Shown: positions 57,501 through 64,000 of the stretch, one piece after another
Position numbering within the stretch: position 1 is the stretch's first letter
Layout: each line of letters opens with the position of its first letter
NCBI GenBank assembly: GCA_950097015.1
Contig: CATNEN010000015.1
Location: forward strand, 1,798,001-1,862,000
Length of the DNA stretch: 64,000 nucleotides
Direction: 5' to 3'
Source of the DNA: Macrostomum hystrix
Taxonomy: Eukaryota; Animalia; Platyhelminthes
The notes under the pieces: generated by a model
What the model saw: only the letters and a program-made list of their open reading frames with translations
Told to the model about the DNA's origin: nothing
Database searches by the model: none
Program-made: the position numbers and the translations under genes

Positions 57501-60500
57501 AGGATTATCCTACAGTAAAGAATCCCAATGGAGAGGATTATCCTACAGTAAAGAATCCCAATGGAGAGGATTTTCCTACAGTAAAGAATCCCAATGGAGA
57601 GGATTATCCTACAGTAAAGAATCCCAATGGAGAGGATTATCCTACAGTAAAGAATCCCAATGGAGAGGATTATCCTACTGTAAAGAATCCCAATGGAGAG
57701 GATTATCCTACAGTAAAGAATCCCAATGGAGAGGATTATCCTACAGTAAGAATCCCAATTGAGAGGATTATCCTACAGTAAAGAATCCCAATGGAGAGGA
57801 TTATCCTACATTAAGAATCCCAATGGAGAGGATTATCCTACAGTAAGAATCCCAATTGAGAGGATTATCCTACAGTAAAGAATCCCAATGGAGAGGATTT
57901 TCCTACAGTAAAGAATCCCAATGGAGAGGATTATCCTACAGTAAGAATCCCAATGGAGAGGATTATCCTACAGTAAAGAATCCCAATGGAGAGGATTATC
58001 CTACAGTAAAGAATCCCAATGGAGAGGATTATCCTACAGTAAAGAATCCTAATGGAGAGGATTATCCTACAGTAAAGAATCCCAATGGAGAGGATTATCC
58101 TACAGTAAAGAATCCCAATGGAGAGGATTATCCTACAGTAAAGAATCCCAATGGAGAGGATTATCCTACTGTAAAGAATCCCAATGGAGAGGATTATCCT
58201 ACAGTAAAGAATCCCAATGGAGAGGATTATCCTACAGTAAAGAATCCCAATGGAGAGGATTATCCTACAGTAAGAATCCCAATTGAGAGGATTATCCTAC
58301 AGTAAAGAATCCCAATTGAGAGGATTATCCTACAGTAAGAATCCCAATTGAGAGGATTATCCTACAGTAAGAATCCCAATGGAGAGGATTATCCTACAGT
58401 AAAGAATCCCAATGGAGAGGATTTTCCTACAGTAAAGAATCCCAATGGAGAGGATTATCCTACAGTAAAGAATCCCAATGGAGAGGATTTTCCTACAGTA
58501 AAGAATCCCAATGGAGAGGATTTTCCTACAGTAAAGAATCCCAATGGAGAGGATTATCCTACAGTAAAGAATCCCAATGGAGAGGATTATCCTACAGTAA
58601 AGAATCCCAATGGAGAGGATTATCCTACAGTAAAGAATCCCAATGGAGAGGATTATCCTACTGTAAAGAATCCCAATTGAGAGGATTATCCTACAGTAAA
58701 GAATCCCAATGGAGAGGATTATCCTACAGTAAGAATCCCAATGGAGAGGATTATCCTACAGTAAAGAATCCCAATGGAGAGGATTATCCTACAGTAAAGA
58801 ATCCCAATGGAGAGGATTATCCTACAGTAAAGAATCCCAATGGAGAGGATTATCCTACTGTAAAGAATCCCAATGGAGAGGATTATCCTACTGTAAAGAA
58901 TCCCAATGGAGAGAATTATCCTACAGTAAGAATCCCAATGGAGAGGATTATCCTACTGTAAGAATCCCAATGGAGAGAATTATCCTACAGTAAAGAATCC
59001 CAATGGAGAGGATTATCCTACAGTAAAGAATCCCAATGGAGAGGATTATCCTACAGTAAGAATCCCAATGGAGAGGATTATCCTACAGTAAAGAATCCCA
59101 ATGGAGAGGATTATCCTACAGTAAAGAATCCCAATGGAGAGGATTATCCTACTGTAAAGAATCCCAATGGAGAGGATTATCCTACAGTAAAGAATCCCAA
59201 TGGAGAGGATTATCCTACAGTAAAGAATCCCAATGGAGAGGATTATCCTACAGTAAAGAATCCCAATGGAGAGGATTATCCTACAGTAAAGAATCCCAAT
59301 GGAGAGGATTATCCTACAGTAAGAATCCCAATGGAGAGGATTATCCTACTGTAAAGAATCCCAATGGAGAGGATTATCCTACAGTAAGAATCCCAATGGA
59401 GAGGATTATCCTACTGTAAAGAATCCCAATGGAGAGGATTATCCTACAGTAAAGAATCCCAATGGAGAGGATTATCCTACAGTAAAGAATCCCAATGGAG
59501 AGGATTATCCTACAGTAAGAATCCCAATGGAGAGGATTATCCTACAGTAAAGAATCCCAATGGAGAGGATTATCCTACAGTAAAGAATCCCAATGGAGAG
59601 GATTATCCTACAGTAAAGAATCCCAATGGAGAGGATTATCCTACAGTAAAGAATCCCAATGGAGAGGATTATCCTACTGTAAAGAATCCCAATGGAGAGG
59701 ATTATCCTACAGTAAAGAATCCCAATGGAGAGGATTATCCTACAGTAAGAATCCCAATTGAGAGGATTATCCTACAGTAAAGAATCCCAATGGAGAGGAT
59801 TATCCTACATTAAGAATCCCAATGGAGAGGATTTTCCTACAGTAAAGAATCCCAATGGAGAGGATTTTCCTACAGTAAAGAATCCCAATGGAGAGGATTA
59901 TCCTACAGTAAAGAATCCCAATGGAGAGGATTATCCTACAGTAAGAATCCCAATGGAGAGGATTATCCTACAGTAAAGAATCCCAATGGAGAGGATTATC
60001 CTACAGTAAAGAATCCCAATGGAGAGGATTATCCTACAGTAAGAATCCCAATGGAGAGGATTATCCTACAGTAAAGAATCCCAATGGAGAGGATTATCCT
60101 ACAGTAAAGAATCCCAATGGAGAGGATTATCCTACAGTAAAGAATCCCAATGGAGAGGATTATCCTACAGTAAAGAATCCTAATGGAGAGGATTATCCTA
60201 CAGTAAAGAATCCCAATGGAGAGGATTATCCTACATTAAAGAATCCCAATGGAGAGGATTATCCTACAGTAAGAATCCCAATGGAGAGGATTATCCTACA
60301 GTAAAGAATCCCAATGGAGAGGATTATCCTACAGTAAAGAATCCCAATGGAGAGGATTATCCTACAGTAAAGAATCCCAATGGAGAGGATTATCCTACAG
60401 TAAAGAATCCCAATGGAGAGGATTATCCTACAGTAAAGAATCCCAATGGAGAGGATTATCCTACAGTAAAGAATCCCAATGGAGAGGATTATCCTACAGT

Positions 60501-63500
60501 AAAGAATCCCAATGGAGAGAATTATCCTACAGTAAAGAATCCCAATGGAGAGGATTATCCTACAGTAAAGAATCCCAATGGAGAGAATTATCCTACAGTA
60601 AGAATCCCAATGGAGAGGATTATCCTACTGTAAAGAATCCCAATGGAGAGGATTATCCTACAGTAAAGAATCCCAATGGAGAGGATTTTCCTACAGTAAA
60701 GAATCCCAATGGAGAGGATTATCCTACAGTAAGAATCCCAATGGAGAGGATTATCCTACAGTAAGAATCCCAATGGAGAGGATTATCCTACAGTAAAGAA
60801 TCCCAATGGAGAGGATTATCCTACTGTAAAGAATCCCAATGGAGAGGATTATCCTACAGTAAAGAATCCCAATGGAGAGGATTATCCTACAGTAAAGAAT
60901 CCCAATGGAGAGGATTATCCTACAGTAAGAATCCCAATGGAGAGGATTATCCTACAGTAAAGAATCCCAATGGAGAGGATTTTCCTACAGTAAAGAATCC
61001 CAATGGAGAGGATTATCCTACAGTAAGAATCCCAATGGAGAGGATTATCCTACAGTAAGAATCCCAATGGAGAGGATTATCCTACTGTAAAGAATCCCAA
61101 TGGAGAGGATTATCCTACAGTAAGAATCCCAATGGAGAGGATTATCCTACAGTAAGAATCCCAATGGAGAGGATTATCCTACTGTAAAGAATCCCAATGG
61201 AGAGGATTATCCTACTGTAAAGAATCCCAATGGAGAGGATTATCCTACAGTAAAGAATCCCAATGGAGAGGATTTTCCTACTGTAAAGAATCCCAATGGA
61301 GAGGATTATCCTACTGTAAAGAATCCCAATGGAGAGGATTATCCTACAGTAAAGAATCCCAATGGAGAGGATTATCCTACAGTAAAGAATCCCAATGGAG
61401 AGGATTATCCTACAGTAAAGAATCCCAATGGAGAGGATTATCCTACAGTAAAGAATCCCAATGGAGAGGATTATCCTACAGTAAAGAATCCCAATGGAGA
61501 GGATTATCCTACAGTAAAGAATCCCAATGGAGAGGATTATCCTACAGTAAGAATCCCAATGGAGAGGATTTTCCTACAGTAAAGAATCCCAATGGAGAGG
61601 ATTATCCTACAGTAAAGAATCCCAATGGAGAGAATTATCCTACTGTAAGAATCCCAATGGAGAGGATTATCCTACTGTAAGAATCCCAATGGAGAGGATT
61701 ATCCTACTGTAAGAATCCCAATGGAGAGGATTATCCTACTGTAAGAATCCCAATGGAGAGGATTATCCTACTGTAAGAATCCCAATGGAGAGGATTATCC
61801 TACAGTAAGAATCCCAATGGAGAGGATTATCCTACATTAAAGAATCCCAATGGAGAGGATTATCCTACAGTAAAGAATCCCAATGGAGAGGATTATCCTA
61901 CAGTAAAGAATCCCAATGGAGAGGATTATCCTACAGTAAAGAATCCCAATGGAGAGGATTATCCTACAGTAAAGAATCCCAATGGAGAGGATTATCCTAC
62001 AGTAAAGAATCCCAATGGAGAGGATTATCCTACAGTAAAGAATCCCAATGGAGAGGATTATCCTACAGTAAAGAATCCCAATGGAGAGGATTATCCTACA
62101 GTAAAGAATCCCAATGGAGAGGATTATCCTACAGTAAAGAATCCCAATGGAGAGGATTATCCTACAGTAAAGAATCCCAATGGAGAGGATTATCCTACAG
62201 TAAAGAATCCCAATGGAGAGGATTATCCTACAGTAAAGAATCCCAATGGAGAGGATTATCCTACAGTAAAGAATCCCAATGGAGAGAATTATCCTACAGT
62301 AAAGAATCCCAATGGAGAGGATTATCCTACAGTAAAGAATCCCAATGGAGAGGATTATCCTACTGTAAAGAATCCCAATGGAGAGGATTATCCTACAGTA
62401 AAGAATCCCAATGGAGAGGATTATCCTACAGTAAAGAATCCCAATGGAGAGAATTATCCTACAGTAAGAATCCCAATGGAGAGGATTTTCCTACAGTAAA
62501 GAATCCCAATGGAGAGGATTATCCTACAGTAAGAATCCCAATGGAGAGGATTATCCTACAGTAAGAATCCCAATGGAGAGGATTATCCTACAGTAAAGAA
62601 TCCCAATGGAGAGGATTATCCTACAGTAAAGAATCCCAATGGAGAGGATTATCCTACAGTAAGAATCCCAATGGAGAGGATTATCCTACAGTAAAGAATC
62701 CCAATGGAGAGGATTATCCTACAGTAAAGAATCCCAATGGAGAGGATTATCCTACAGTAAAGAATCCCAATGGAGAGGATTATCCTACAGTAAGAATCCC
62801 AATGGAGAGGATTATCCTACAGTAAGAATCCCAATGGAGAGGATTATCCTACTGTAAAGAATCCCAATGGAGAGGATTATCCTACAGTAAAGAATCCCAA
62901 TGGAGAGGATTATCCTACAGTAAAGAATCCCAATGGAGAGGATTATCCTACAGTAAAGAATCCCAATGGAGAGGATTATCCTACAGTAAAGAATCCTAAT
63001 GGAGAGGATTATCCTACAGTAAAGAATCCCAATGGAGAGGATTATCCTACAGTAAAGAATCCCAATGGAGAGGATTATCCTACAGTAAAGAATCCCAATG
63101 GAGAGGATTATCCTACAGTAAAGAATCCCAATGGAGAGGATTATCCTACAGTAAAGAATCCCAATGGAGAGGATTATCCTACAGTAAAGAATCCCAATGG
63201 AGAGGATTATCCTACAGTAAGAATCCCAATGGAGAGGATTATCCTACAGTAAAGAATCCCAATGGAGAGGATTATCCTACAGTAAAGAATCCCAATGGAG
63301 AGGATTATCCTACAGTAAAGAATCCCAATGGAGAGGATTATCCTACAGTAAAGAATCCCAATGGAGAGGATTATCCTACAGTAAAGAATCCCAATGGAGA
63401 GGATTATCCTACAGTAAAGAATCCCAATGGAGAGGATTATCCTACAGTAAGAATCCCAATGGAGAGGATTATCCTACAGTAAAGAATCCCAATGGAGAGG

Positions 63501-64000
63501 ATTATCCTACAGTAAAGAATCCCAATGGAGAGGATTATCCTACAGTAAGAATCCCAATGGAGAGGATTATCCTATAGTAAAGAATCCCAATGGAGAGGAT
63601 TATCCTACTGTAAAGAATCCCAATGGAGAGGATTATCCTACAGTAAAGAATCCCAATGGAGAGGATTATCCTACTGTAAGAATCCCAATGGAGAGGATTA
63701 TCCTACAGTAAAGAATCCCAATGGAGAGGATTATCCTACAGTAAGAATCCCAATGGAGAGGATTATCCTACAGTAAAGAATCCCAATGGAGAGGATTATC
63801 CTACTGTAAAGAATCCCAATGGAGAGGATTATCCTACAGTAAAGAATCCCAATGGAGAGGATTATCCTACTGTAAGAATCCCAATGGAGAGGATTATCCT
63901 ACAGTAAAGAATCCCAATGGAGAGGATTATCCTACAGTAAGAATCCCAATGGAGAGGATTATCCTACAGTAAAGAATCCCAATGGAGAGGATTATCCTAC
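54545..64000. repeat. Large 33-bp satellite (AAGAATCCCAATGGAGAGGATTATCCTACAGTA), about 285 or more units, continuing past the window end
   Basis: Near-perfect tandem array with a frequent 32-bp variant (GTAAGAAT) and point variants (TACTGT, TTTTCC, AATTGAG, GAGAATT, ACATT, CCTAAT). Confidence 0.99.

Noticed and set aside
54402-59976. Long ORFs encoding (KNPNGEDYPTV)n or (KESQWRGLSYS)n
   Set aside because: Two frames of the 33-bp monomer happen to lack stops; frequent 32-bp variants shift frame freely, so there is no sign of coding constraint. They are out of frame with the channel.

Overview
Eukaryotic (animal) genomic DNA, not prokaryotic. About half the window (my hand tally, about 32 kb) is tandem repeat: more than 30 distinct micro/minisatellite arrays, ending in a 33-bp satellite of more than 9.4 kb that runs off the right edge. 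Three spliced genes can be rebuilt by hand with GT-AG introns and consistent phases: (1) a 2-exon PLAC8/cornifelin-family gene (minus, 13567-13967, 107 aa); (2) a 7-exon group II PLP-dependent aromatic amino acid decarboxylase-like gene (plus, 22208-28612, 584 aa) that keeps the PLP lysine but seems to have lost the catalytic-loop tyrosine; (3) an 11-exon Cys-loop anion-channel subunit of the GlyR/GluCl type (plus, 43629-54484, 464 aa). Mobile DNA: a decayed, 5'-truncated Penelope-like retroelement (RT plus GIY-YIG) inside a GA microsatellite, with an unusual order of C-terminal motifs; a hAT MITE with perfect 16-bp TIRs, an 8-bp TSD and an internal minisatellite; a tRNA-derived SINE family (at least 6 clear copies); a second, CORE-like SINE; and a possible foldback-like inverted pair of minisatellites. 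The style (GC3-rich exons, a different minisatellite in most introns) suggests a repeat-rich invertebrate such as the flatworm Macrostomum, but that is only an impression. Most long ORFs in the supplied track are translations of repeats. All alignments and counts were done by eye; repeat and SINE boundaries are approximate.
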